NCBI GenBank assembly: GCA_038042445.1
Contig: JBBTED010000112.1
Span: 1-34,753, forward strand
Direction: 5' to 3'
Origin: Candidatus Firestoneibacteriota bacterium
GTDB lineage: Bacteria; Oederibacteriota; D2-FULL-39-29; JBBTED01
DNA: 34,753 bases
Position 1 is the stretch's first letter. Every line of letters begins with the position of its first letter. The notes under the pieces were generated by a model. That model did not search any database. It was not told the origin of the DNA and worked only from the letters and a program-made list of their open reading frames with translations. Made by a program: the position numbers and the translations under genes. Shown here in pieces: positions 28,301 to 34,753 of the stretch.

Positions 28301-31300
28301 CCTGTGCATTATTTGAATGTATTGCAGGTGTAGAACCAAAGGCACCTCTTGTGCAATTTTCCAATGTATTTGCAGTCTTGCTTGTGTAATATATTTTTTC
28401 ACTATCTATAAGAACGCAACCAGGTGTCTGGAATAAATTTGTAGATGACACATAAATAGTTGTCTCAGTTGTTGTATTTACTGCAGAAGTCAACCTTGAA
28501 CCTGCAGGCCAGGTTATAGACGTAACTGCACTACCAGGTGTAGATGGAGTTGTTTTACTAAATCTCTTATTTGCACCTGTTGAACTAGATGTTGGAAGAA
28601 CACTCTGCAACTGTGAATTTGCATAGTTATTATAAAAATCACGTCTTATAACTATATAAGCAGTTGAATCAGTTCCTGCATAAGTTTCAGACGGGAATGT
28701 TACTATTTCTAAATGATCTGCTGAAGCACCAACAGTTGTCATAGTGCCGGTTTTTCCTGTTGCAGATGGAGAAGCTGATGAAACTGTAACAGTAGCGTTA
28801 TTTCCTGATGTAGTTGCAACTGTATAAGTTATAGCAGGGCTTATACCTATTTTTCCATTTACATCTGTTGTTGCATTTGGTGTTGAAAGTGTTCCTGTAG
28901 AACCTACTATATCACTTACATAAAGTGTGCAGGAAACTCCGGATTGATAATATGGGTTATTATACGGATCTGCAAGCTGTGCAACTATTCCAACATTATT
29001 ACCTGCGCTTACATCTGAATTTCCAGATGGTGAAGAGAATGCAAATTTAGATGCAGAAGCAGGCTGGACAAATATACCATTTTCCTGACCAGCAGTTACA
29101 CTACCATTCGTAATATCTTCTACTTTAACCCAATGTGTTGCCAGCAAAGGATTAGGTGATGCATCTGGTCTATATGAAGTAACCATTGTTAGTTGATTTG
29201 ATAAATTCTTTATTCCAGCATCACCAGATATAAATGTATAATTTGCAGGTGGTGATGCTGATGTATCATCAGACGAAAAAGCAATAGTATCTGTAAATAC
29301 ATTAGACCCTATTGAGCAACGATTATCATAAGCATCATGAGCTTCAACTGTTATTGTAATACCTGCTGATACACCTGCTGTTAATGGAATACTAACATAA
29401 GCTCCTGAACTATGAGATGCAGCAAGTGTTCCACCAGTTGCTCTTGTGCATCCTTCAAAAGACGATGGAGTAACAGTTGCATAAGTAAATCTTTCATTAT
29501 CTATTCCTGCTGAACCAGGCGCAGGGAATCCTGCTGTTGAAACTACTGGAATACTTGTGGCAGAATCTAATATTCCAGAAGTAAGTGTTGTAGTTGTTGT
29601 AATATTAGTTAGATGCAAATGTGTTGCCGCGCCAGGCCAAACTGTAATAACAGGACTTGTAGATGCTGTAAGTGTTGGGCTAATAGCATCAGTATCTGAA
29701 GCAGTCAAGGTATAACTACTTCCTGCTGTTGCTAAAGCAACATTGAATGTCAAAGATCCATTTATAAGATTTGCTGCAGATGGCATCAATGCACCGGCTT
29801 TTGGATCAGTAGTAGTTATTGTTATTTGCGGTGTATCTGTTGTAGTATTCCATGCAGCATCTGCTGAGTTTACAGTAACAACAAAAGTTGTTCCTGCAAT
29901 TCTTGTTGTAGGTGTTCCTGTTTTCCCTGATGATGTTCCTAAAACTGCTGTTTCACCCGGAACTAAAAGTTGCAATTTCACAGCAGGACCTGGTGTTATA
30001 GAAACATTTGAACTTGTATTAGCAGTATAACTTGGGGATACTCCATCTACATCAGTTCCTGTTACTGTCCAGGTTCCTACAGTTGCACAAGATATATTAA
30101 AGTTTCTTGTTCCAGAACTTAAACTACCTAATCTATTAGCATCGCCTTCATCATCATTTGGATCATTTGTAGAAATTTTAACTTGCGGTGATGTTGATAC
30201 AACTTTGTTAAAATAGTCGTCTGTGCAATTTACTGTAACAGTAAATGTTGCACCTGTCTCATGCGAAGTTACAGGACCTGTTTTACCAGAAGATGAACCT
30301 GCAACTGCTGTTTCGCCAGGTAATAGAACTTGTAATTTTATAGGATTATTTGTGTTCACATCAAATGCTGGACTTGTATCTCCTGTATAAGTTCCAGATG
30401 TAGCAGAAATTGTATGACCTGTATTCGCAGTTTTTAAAGTAATACTAAATGTTCCTGTTCCACCAGCAAGTATTGCAGATGTTGGCTCTGTATCATATAA
30501 ATCTGATGTTGAAACTGTAACATTAGGAGCTGCAGACGGCACTATATTAAAGAAGGCATCTACACACTGGACTGTAACATTAAATGAAGTTCCTGCTGTT
30601 CTCGTTGTTGGAGTTCCTGTTTTGCCTGTTGATGTTCCAGCAGCTGCTGTTTCTCCTGGCACAAGCAATTGTAGTTTTGCAGCGTCTCCTGGATTAGCTA
30701 TAAATGTCGGACTTGTATTTGCCACATAAAGCGGAGTTGCTGGATCAGTATCTGATGCTGTAATTGTATGACTTGCACCAGATGTTTTTAAAGTAATACT
30801 ATATGTCATTGAACCTAAACTCAGATTTGCTGATGATGGCTCTGTATCATTTACATCCGATGTTGTAATTGTCATACTCTGAGTTATTGTTGTATTTGTG
30901 TTCCAGTAATTATCAACTGAATTTACAGTAACAATAAATGAATCGCCTGCAATTCTGTTTGTTGGAGTTCCTGTTTTTCCTGGTGTTGCACTGCTTGTAT
31001 CTCCAGGATTTGCTGTCTCACCTGGTATGAGCACTTGTAGTTTTACTCCAGTGCCAAAAGTAACTGGAATTGCAGGGCTTGTATTTAATGTATAAGTTGG
31101 AGATACTCCATCTACATCTGTTGCTGTAACTGTGGAAGAACTTCCAGTTAATAATGTAACATTAAATGTCCTTGTGCCTAAAGTTAAAGACTGTGGATCT
31201 GGGTTTACATCATTTACATCCGAAGTTGTAAGATTGGCAGTTACAGAAATGGAAGTATTTTTATTCCAATAATCATCTGTGCACTGGACTGTAACTACAA

Positions 31301-34300
31301 ACAAAGTTCCTGCTGTTTGCAAAACTGGTGTTCCATTTTTGCCCTGGCCTGTTCCCGGAGCTGCTGTTTCTCCAGGCACTAAAACCTGAAGTTTTGTCCC
31401 TGTATTTGGATTTATAAGTACTGATGCACTTGTGCTTGATGTATATGTTATAGAAGTTCCACTAACATCTGATGCTGTTATTGTGCTATTACCACCTGTA
31501 ACTAATGTTACATTGAATATATTGTATCCATCAGATAAAGTTGCGTCAGTTGGCATAGTTGCATTTGAATCTGAAGTTATTAGATGAACCAATGGATTTG
31601 CAGTTGGGCAGACATTCCATTTATCATCAACTGCATTTACAGTTGTATTAAACGCAGTGCCTGCAATTTGCGAAACTGGTGTGCCTGTTTTTCCTCCAAC
31701 TGATGTATTGCCTGGTGCTGCTGTTTCACCTGGTAATAATATCTGCAATTTAACTGCAGCAGCAGGATAAATAGTAGCACTCGGACTTGTAGATGCAGTA
31801 TAAGTAGGAGGAGCACCATCTGTATCCGTTGCAGTTATACTCGCGCTTCCAGCAGTATTTAAAATGACACTAAATGTTTTTGTTCCTGTAGATAATCCAC
31901 TTGCAGCAGGTAAACCAGCATTAGTATCAGAGCTTGTAATTGTAACAGTCGGATTTGCTCCTGGATTTGTATTCCATTGAGCATCTGTGCAATTCACAGT
32001 TACATCAAAAGCAACACCAACTGTTCTTGCAGTAGGATTGCTAACTTTTCCATTATTAGCTGTATCTCCGGGAACTGCTGTTTCACCAGGAATAAGCACC
32101 TGTAATTTCACACCTGTTCCAGGATTAACTGTTAAATTCTGAGTTATATAAGGATTATATACTGCAGGAGCCACATCAGTTGCAGTAATAGAAGTTAAAT
32201 TAGAACCAGCAGTTTTGAGATTAACTGTAAAATTCTTTGTGCCATTAACTAATGTCTCAGTTGATGGCTCTGTATCATAAGTATCACTTGTAGTAATAGC
32301 AACATCTGGATTTGTCCCTGTAACCAAGTTCCAATTTGTATCAACACAATTTACTTTTGCATTAAATGCAGTACCTGCAACAGGATTATTTGCTGTCCCT
32401 GTTTTTCCTGTTGTTGTTCCAGGTGCTGCTGTTTCCCCAGGAAGTATTATCTGCAGTTTAGCTGCACTTCCCGGAATTATATTTAAAGCAGAGTGATTAT
32501 ATGTTGTATAAGTTGTAGCATCTCCATCTGTATCAGTTGCTGTTACAGTAGAAGTTCCTGCTGTTTTAAATGTAACATTATAAGTTTTTGTTCCAGATGA
32601 AAGTGTTTGATATGATGGCTCTGTATCATTTGCATCTTGTGTTGTAATTGTAACTTGTGGAGTTGCTGATGGATTTATATTCCAATATGCATCTACACAA
32701 TTTACTGTTACTGTGAATTGTGTTCCTGCAATTCGTGTACTTGCGCTTCCAACAAATCCATTTGCAGAAGTATTTCCAGCAGATGCTGTTTCTCCAGGTG
32801 CTATTACTTGTAACTTAACTGCTGTATTTGGATTTACAGTTATAGATGAATGTGTATAGAAATTATACAACGGTTCTGTAGCATCTTCATCCGAAGCTGT
32901 AAGAGTATCTGAACCAGCAGTTAAAGGTGTAACATTTAATGTTAATGTTCCATTAACAAGTGTTCCCTGTGGATTAGTGTCATAATTATCTGATGTTGTA
33001 ATTCTAACAATTGGATTTGCATCGGTCACTTTATTCCAGTAAGCATCAACACAATTTATAGTAGTTGTAAATTGTATTCCTGTTGTTTGTACACTCGCTG
33101 TTCCTCCTACTCCATCACCAGTTCCAGGTTCTGCTGTTTCACCCGGCAATATTAACTGCAATTTTGCAGCACTTGCAGTCTGACAGGTAATTGACGGACT
33201 TATATTAGTAGTATAAGTAGGTGAAGCAGATGTATCTGTTGCTGTTATTGTCCATACCCCTGATGTTTTGAATGTTACATTAAATGTTCTTGCTCCATTT
33301 GCAAGTTGTTGTTGTCCAGGTAAAGTAGCATTAGAATCTGTACTTGTAAGCGTAACATCTGGATTTGCTATAGTAACTTTGTTCCATTCATCATCTACGC
33401 AATTCACTGTTACTGTGAATTGTGTTCCAGCTGTCCTGTCTGTTGGCAAACCTGCTGTTTTACCAGTAGATGTTCCAGCAGCAGCTGTTTCACCAGGAAC
33501 AAGCAATTGAAGTTTTGTTGCAATACCAGAACCTGTGCTTATTGCACTATTCACATACTCTGCATAAGAAGGTTCGCTTCCATCTGTATCTGTTGCTGTA
33601 ATTGTCCAACTTCCAACTGTTTTAAATTTAACATTAAATGTCTTACTTCCATTTGATAAAAACGCAAATGTCTCATTATCATTTGGATCTGATGTAGTTA
33701 TTGAAACTTCACTTGTAACAGCAGAAGTATTTAAATTCCAATCATTATCAACTGCATTTACTGTTATTGTAAACTGAACTCCTGCATACTGGGAATTTGC
33801 TGTACCTGTTTTTCCACCTTGAGCTGTATTTCCAGGCGCTGCTGTTTCTCCTGGTGCAAGTATTAAAAGTTTGACTGCAGTATTTGGACTTACTAATATC
33901 TGTGGATGTGTATTTATTGTATAAGTTGTTCCATCTCCATCTGTATCTTCAGATGTTACTGTCCAATTCCCCATTGTCTTAAATAGGACATTAAATGTGC
34001 TTGTTCCTGCTGTTAATGTCTGCTGACCTGATGTTGGAGTATTTGCATCACTTGTATAAACTGTTACACCAGGTGCAACTGTTGTATTTCTATTCCAGTT
34101 CGCATCTACTGCATTTACTGTAACTGTGAATTGTGTTCCTGCTGTTTGTCCTATTGCTGTTCCTGTATACCCATAAGTTGAACCTGGATTTGCTGTTTCT
34201 CCAGGTAATAATAATTGCAGTTTTACTGCTGTTCCTGAACTTGCTGTTATTGTCTTATTGCTTGTAGATGTATATGTTGGACTTGCTCCGTCTACATCAC

Positions 34301-34753
34301 TTGCGCTTAATGTCCAACTTCCTGCCTTCTTGAATGTTATGTTATATGTATTTGTCCCATTGCTCAAATTCGCTGTTGGTTCTGTATCAAATGTATCACT
34401 TGTTGATATTGTTACTTGCGGACTTGTTGTTGTATTGATGTTCCAATTCGCATCTACACACTGGACAGTTACTACAAAATTCGTTCCTGCTACCTGACTA
34501 CTTGGTGTTCCTGTGAATCCACTGCTTGTTCCTGGAGCTCCTGTTTCTCCAGGTAATAACAACTGCAACTTTACCGCATTGCCAGAATTCACTCCTATTG
34601 CTGTATGTGAATATACTGTATAAGTCGGGCTTATTACGTCTGAATCACTTGCTGTTACTGTGGATGTCCCTACTGTCTTCAATGTTACATTATATGTTCC
34701 TGTTCCACTTGCTAAATTAGCAGCTCCTGGATGTGTATCATTTCCATCTCCTG
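19311..34753 (-). CDS. Giant Thr/Ser/Gly-rich multi-repeat surface protein (>5,140 aa) with FN3-like and T9SS type-A/FlgD-Ig-like C-terminal domains; N-terminus outside the window
   Basis: The track start (34682) is an internal TTG; the frame stays open to the window edge (GDGNDTHPGAANLASGTGTYNVTL). C-terminus reads NYPNPF..TTITY..VTIQIYDLLG..WDGKN..G..V..GGY..RI..RKIGVLH. Confidence 0.9.
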   Translation of the reverse strand, partial: GDGNDTHPGAANLASGTGTYNVTLKTVGTSTVTASDSDVISPTYTVYSHTAIGVNSGNAVKLQLLLPGETGAPGTSSGFTGTPSSQVAGTNFVVTVQCVDANWNINTTTSPQVTISTSDTFDTEPTANLSNGTNTYNITFKKAGSWTLSASDVDGASPTYTSTSNKTITASSGTAVKLQLLLPGETANPGSTYGYTGTAIGQTAGTQFTVTVNAVDANWNRNTTVAPGVTVYTSDANTPTSGQQTLTAGTSTFNVLFKTMGNWTVTSEDTDGDGTTYTINTHPQILVSPNTAVKLLILAPGETAAPGNTAQGGKTGTANSQYAGVQFTITVNAVDNDWNLNTSAVTSEVSITTSDPNDNETFAFLSNGSKTFNVKFKTVGSWTITATDTDGSEPSYAEYVNSAISTGSGIATKLQLLVPGETAAAGTSTGKTAGLPTDRTAGTQFTVTVNCVDDEWNKVTIANPDVTLTSTDSNATLPGQQQLANGARTFNVTFKTSGVWTITATDTSASPTYTTNISPSITCQTASAAKLQLILPGETAEPGTGDGVGGTASVQTTGIQFTTTINCVDAYWNKVTDANPIVRITTSDNYDTNPQGTLVNGTLTLNVTPLTAGSDTLTASDEDATEPLYNFYTHSSITVNPNTAVKLQVIAPGETASAGNTSANGFVGSASTRIAGTQFTVTVNCVDAYWNINPSATPQVTITTQDANDTEPSYQTLSSGTKTYNVTFKTAGTSTVTATDTDGDATTYTTYNHSALNIIPGSAAKLQIILPGETAAPGTTTGKTGTANNPVAGTAFNAKVNCVDTNWNLVTGTNPDVAITTSDTYDTEPSTETLVNGTKNFTVNLKTAGSNLTSITATDVAPAVYNPYITQNLTVNPGTGVKLQVLIPGETAVPGDTANNGKVSNPTARTVGVAFDVTVNCTDAQWNTNPGANPTVTITSSDTNAGLPAASGLSTGTKTFSVILNTAGSASITATDTDGAPPTYTASTSPSATIYPAAAVKLQILLPGETAAPGNTSVGGKTGTPVSQIAGTAFNTTVNAVDDKWNVCPTANPLVHLITSDSNATMPTDATLSDGYNIFNVTLVTGGNSTITASDVSGTSITYTSSTSASVLINPNTGTKLQVLVPGETAAPGTGQGKNGTPVLQTAGTLFVVTVQCTDDYWNKNTSISVTANLTTSDVNDVNPDPQSLTLGTRTFNVTLLTGSSSTVTATDVDGVSPTYTLNTSPAIPVTFGTGVKLQVLIPGETANPGDTSSATPGKTGTPTNRIAGDSFIVTVNSVDNYWNTNTTITQSMTITTSDVNDTEPSSANLSLGSMTYSITLKTSGASHTITASDTDPATPLYVANTSPTFIANPGDAAKLQLLVPGETAAAGTSTGKTGTPTTRTAGTSFNVTVQCVDAFFNIVPSAAPNVTVSTSDLYDTEPTSAILAGGTGTFSITLKTANTGHTISATSGTYTGDTSPAFDVNTNNPIKLQVLLPGETAVAGSSSGKTGPVTSHETGATFTVTVNCTDDYFNKVVSTSPQVKISTNDPNDDEGDANRLGSLSSGTRNFNISCATVGTWTVTGTDVDGVSPSYTANTSSNVSITPGPAVKLQLLVPGETAVLGTSSGKTGTPTTRIAGTTFVVTVNSADAAWNTTTDTPQITITTTDPKAGALMPSAANLINGSLTFNVALATAGSSYTLTASDTDAISPTLTASTSPVITVWPGAATHLHLTNITTTTTLTSGILDSATSIPVVSTAGFPAPGSAGIDNERFTYATVTPSSFEGCTRATGGTLAASHSSGAYVSIPLTAGVSAGITITVEAHDAYDNRCSIGSNVFTDTIAFSSDDTSASPPANYTFISGDAGIKNLSNQLTMVTSYRPDASPNPLLATHWVKVEDITNGSVTAGQENGIFVQPASASKFAFSSPSGNSDVSAGNNVGIVAQLADPYNNPYYQSGVSCTLYVSDIVGSTGTLSTPNATTDVNGKIGISPAITYTVATTSGNNATVTVSSASPSATGKTGTMTTVGASADHLEIVTFPSETYAGTDSTAYIVIRRDFYNNYANSQLQSVLPTSSSTGANKRFSKTTPSTPGSAVTSITWPAGSRLTSAVNTTTETTIYVSSTNLFQTPGCVLIDSEKIYYTSKTANTLENCTRGAFGSTPAIHSNNAQVITAALFYYYDEKASYSPPDAPISFTITAEIIGLPVPTITKNIILHPTTISFLAFANSPVTTSADTYSAVLTVQAQDSYSNANIVSSNTSVSLSSNSIGTASFSIDTVNPTTTVTIPSGQNSVNFYYKDTKVGVPLTIDVLSTDANIYVETTGGFSSSGTIKIDSETITYTGKTGTSFTGCTRGGGAASHSIGATVYNYPAVQITAIAAGLGNATQTETITPDLSLSTPMLVFLTFARTLPATNIDATLSSGIGLGDITITIADTESFPASGALKIDNEVIAYKSKNPTSFLECVRGYNGTSASTHSSGATATALHFMKVQVQDKFKNPANAPGNTTLNFESIPQGATFSTDAVNFTSTWTTIPIGQSTAYFYFKSSKVGTPNIILNESPSASPNWTQASQTQTVTAGPITKVFITSPFRTIMMDEGTTVGTGYPIYVETRDASDNISPVTGAVTKYITITGASGDAEFSIGTWPGTSNIMIGIAPGFSSGLLHYKDKTAGISTRLTSAITSAVTTIPVASTTGFPSSGAITIENEIITYTSIDATNFLMCTRGAAGTTGSSPTTPDAHNSSTKVAKPTTLTATPNVGYGWTPASQYITVTPGSAASYEVLHSGTTVVNSMSDVTIKAKDGRGNIASGSWSSATMPTVSYYTGIVNFTTNSSGSTVTFTPSASYTYTINAQGVYALQLSDTNAENITITATDVNTPSITGTSITSLSVQGVTVTPGATEGIISPAGISQGDQNKAVTKLTIKTSGSSTNWTQLRLDRVGTAGADSDITSVKLWRSDNNGSFEASSDVLVTVIGGPFTFVGGICNLTGFSELIASNNKVYFVTFSVADTANPNNYHGAKIANTAYFTTSSVPVAANNFPISSSTLTNILLVGATTVTLNNPVSFPNATPGVPAAIKIESEIIKYTGKSGNQLTGLSRGQYGTPQEQHSAGTEVNLVSVIETSPGKVYVIPTDISAIKLGSGITSGSATVPIKYKVSTALQNTVDDIATIISSTATSVAGFYPKGSNAEDKAIKGFIKIDSEIISYTDAYVDSGFLIFTGCIRGVSDINNPFGGATSAASHTMGATIYKYPATDGIPNAGNIKIDNEIIKYNSKTDEVLNVESRGINGTTPDSHSAETLIYQYAEQGDLNYGIVKIVLNTDKYSAEWVQMSITKGGTPVTGLDTDITAVKIYKDGTPGQTEYGDGIFDYTADTLISAGTEAFSSGSVTIDFSSNSQNITTTPKTYFLVYKIDPSATISNTFGAKLTTKDSIILTLGGGNTVENVNFPFATEEPLIHATVDTISVTAEDNTDVASAIQSTKDVMLVRLKLSVNKNTAKWTQISLSRLGVGQDVDISAIKIYKYVTGAVSGSGKAVLCVTNLTATISSSASSISVTSTTGFPGSGYVQIDEEKIQYSGTTSTTFTGLTRGVQGTTAIAHSTGALVGDALISSGSNVFTSGSSSITLTKDQTISTVFPFVQTYFVAIDINNFATIGSGMLGIHIDGYDGTGTPPYTVVLPDILSNTTPSHDVLPIVINEYTDTITVSGIAENPTESGNPNTILQGKTNVSIEKLSLSTDKSTAIWTGTKFERIGAGVDSDITGIKIYKDAGSAGVFDPATDTLVTSISGFTGGLANITLITPTSLLSDINSSDTTINVVLSTSFPSTGTLRIDNELISYTGIAGNSFTGCTRGTSGTSAVSHKSSTFVSTMETILTPTPQIYFVVVNIGGSAPPGNKIGVKWTDSTYWTFKTPNAIYTGFASFQSAENEIVPTPRTMYVQPYDVTSGTTLGGAGLVAGGSETVITVSSTANFTTPNPGSADRPYYTMKIGNELITYTSRTATTFTGCIRGSFGTSKDVHNPGELVEKYVFQGDKYVAMEKLVLSVDDYQVKLKEMRVSRISGGVDADIEAVKIFRDDNGTPYDPTDDNGTLDPDADTDLGFGTFSYSTALITLPTSGTPLSPTEIIPITNLTTLSGDITNVVTTIPVVSTASFSGSGVIKIENELIVYTGKDATNLTGCTRGANSSAAASHTTGTAVAIASKTYFVAYSFADAATDDVQVAASWTNKDTFTLNSPNVVSTQNFAFTSGSPVVHATNDKLIVDSFDRAMAYPQVTQGQGSQPGSTTEFLRDPFIILQLRLKSDKHNVKWTHLKLTMNGTDATATDNDIYAIKIYKDVNNNDNYENGTDTLVSYESHVYMNKETTIQLQYPQDIGTTLQKYFVTYSIQPTATIGVTLRVRIEGPSSFTLATTRLGAQADTVQAFSEIVSSGVTIQEYLDKVTVSGINLITSATPSPMPNEQIALVRFTMQTDVSEAGWEKLTLLRKGQSVDTDISAIKIFKDSNNSGSFEADKDTLVNSGTILSAGIDPSATVVPVTSTEGFPSSGYIKIGSEVISYSGKTANSFTGIGRAASPAAGIPATKSAYHPIGAFVTDAFFVNGRVVLNITSGTTPASYQKITPAVQTYYIVYLIAPDAIPNNWVGVKCDLPAYFTITSPNSMNTEVGFPIQSEDVQIGQIKITLSASSIATVALRQGFVKSGMIKFALNTSNNECYLNGMQIKLLKAYASIDRIRVYRDDGEGNFDKDKDTEIGVAQGPFPSELASITLTTPEVINTGIKTFYIAIDVNIESPIDGRVGVKLASGDYFIFTAGTIQDFVAGGYESSTPRIVPKFTPLSPVIELPAFVADPSKLAILALGAIGDDIKFDDIQFYVTTQDVTAEYVSENVPDSSWNSVGANSEFDAATNLDPNVPSYVFVRLKNQQYKSIPTKGKVEVDLTPPNAPEKLAPGIPKTGRIYQTKVGTYSVTWNTAIEDKSGIKGYIVEEKLDTSPVWKSISTTDAPVRALGFRKTQKMTTGISEKSGKATLLFDKKELNHIYYYRVKAINGAGKWGDYSVVAPGIVVGELPKEVISMLANYPNPFDTRKSGVEGQTTITYLLNQDADVTIQIYDLLGHLAWTKECPKALEGGQVLLNNIVWDGKNDIGEYVSKGGYICRIVIKSEQGMKQIIRKIGVLH
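20360..26110 (-). repeat. Eight copies of a ~140-aa beta-rich protein repeat with acidic loops
   Basis: Recurring QG....KL.L.T....W..L...G...D.DI..IKIY[K/R]D...G.F....D.LV...YF[V/I] pattern. Boundaries are approximate. Confidence 0.7.
21057..29592 (-). repeat. 13 dispersed copies of a ~65-aa module
   Basis: TL...I....TTI.V.ST..FP..G.IKI[D/E/G].E.I.Y.....FTGCTRG..GT.A..H..GA.V, counted by eye in the translation. Confidence 0.85.
29640..34753 (-). repeat. 14 complete (plus one partial) tandem ~118-aa Ig-like repeats
   Basis: KL(Q)[LVI][LI].PGET.....GKTG.P....AG..F.VTV..VD..WN....TSD..D...L..GT.TF.V..KT.G; first and 14th motifs at 34571 and 29978, mean period about 353 nt. Confidence 0.9.

Noticed and set aside
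21057..29592. The 65-aa module as a mini-intein or Hint domain
   Set aside because: It is too short and has no N-terminal Cys/Ser or terminal HN motif; its conserved Cys and His are internal.
34680..34682. Track start of the giant ORF
   Set aside because: It is an internal TTG within a repeat; the frame is open to the window edge and no signal peptide is seen.
1209..34720. Plus-strand ORFs in the track (e.g. 1209-1841, 7356-8039, 9700-10365, 11840-12478, 14414-15049) and short off-frame minus ORFs (28220-28402, 31637-31819)
   Set aside because: They overlap well-supported minus-strand genes and carry no recognisable motifs; they are shadow ORFs.

Overview
A low-GC region from a probably diderm bacterium (LPS heptosyltransferase, Mla/MCE and outer-membrane barrel genes); every credible gene lies on the minus strand. 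In transcription order it contains: a giant (>5,140 aa, N-terminus outside the window) repeat-rich surface protein ending in a T9SS type-A/FlgD-Ig-like C-terminal domain; a PorV/PorQ-like barrel fused to TPRs; a zinc-ribbon/beta-barrel protein; mlaF-mlaD-radA-polA-coaE and a GAF-like hypothetical; an FMN riboswitch heading ribD-ribE-ribBA-ribH; pyrF; and a flippase/GT2/waaF/ArnT-like envelope cluster. The most striking signal is about 40 short palindromic REP-like elements of at least four families (GTAG-tagged, TGTCAT-tagged, GTCAGGC-core, CCCCTT) in the first 19.3 kb. They are all co-oriented, stack in intergenic gaps, nest inside one another, sit inside the FMN aptamer, and are translated in frame inside PolA, CoaE, the flippase, the GAF-like protein, both outer-membrane proteins and probably RibD. 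The giant protein also carries 13 copies of a ~65-aa module inserted at variable positions within and between its other repeats, including one copy inside another. Family assignments come from motif recognition only; no database search was run.
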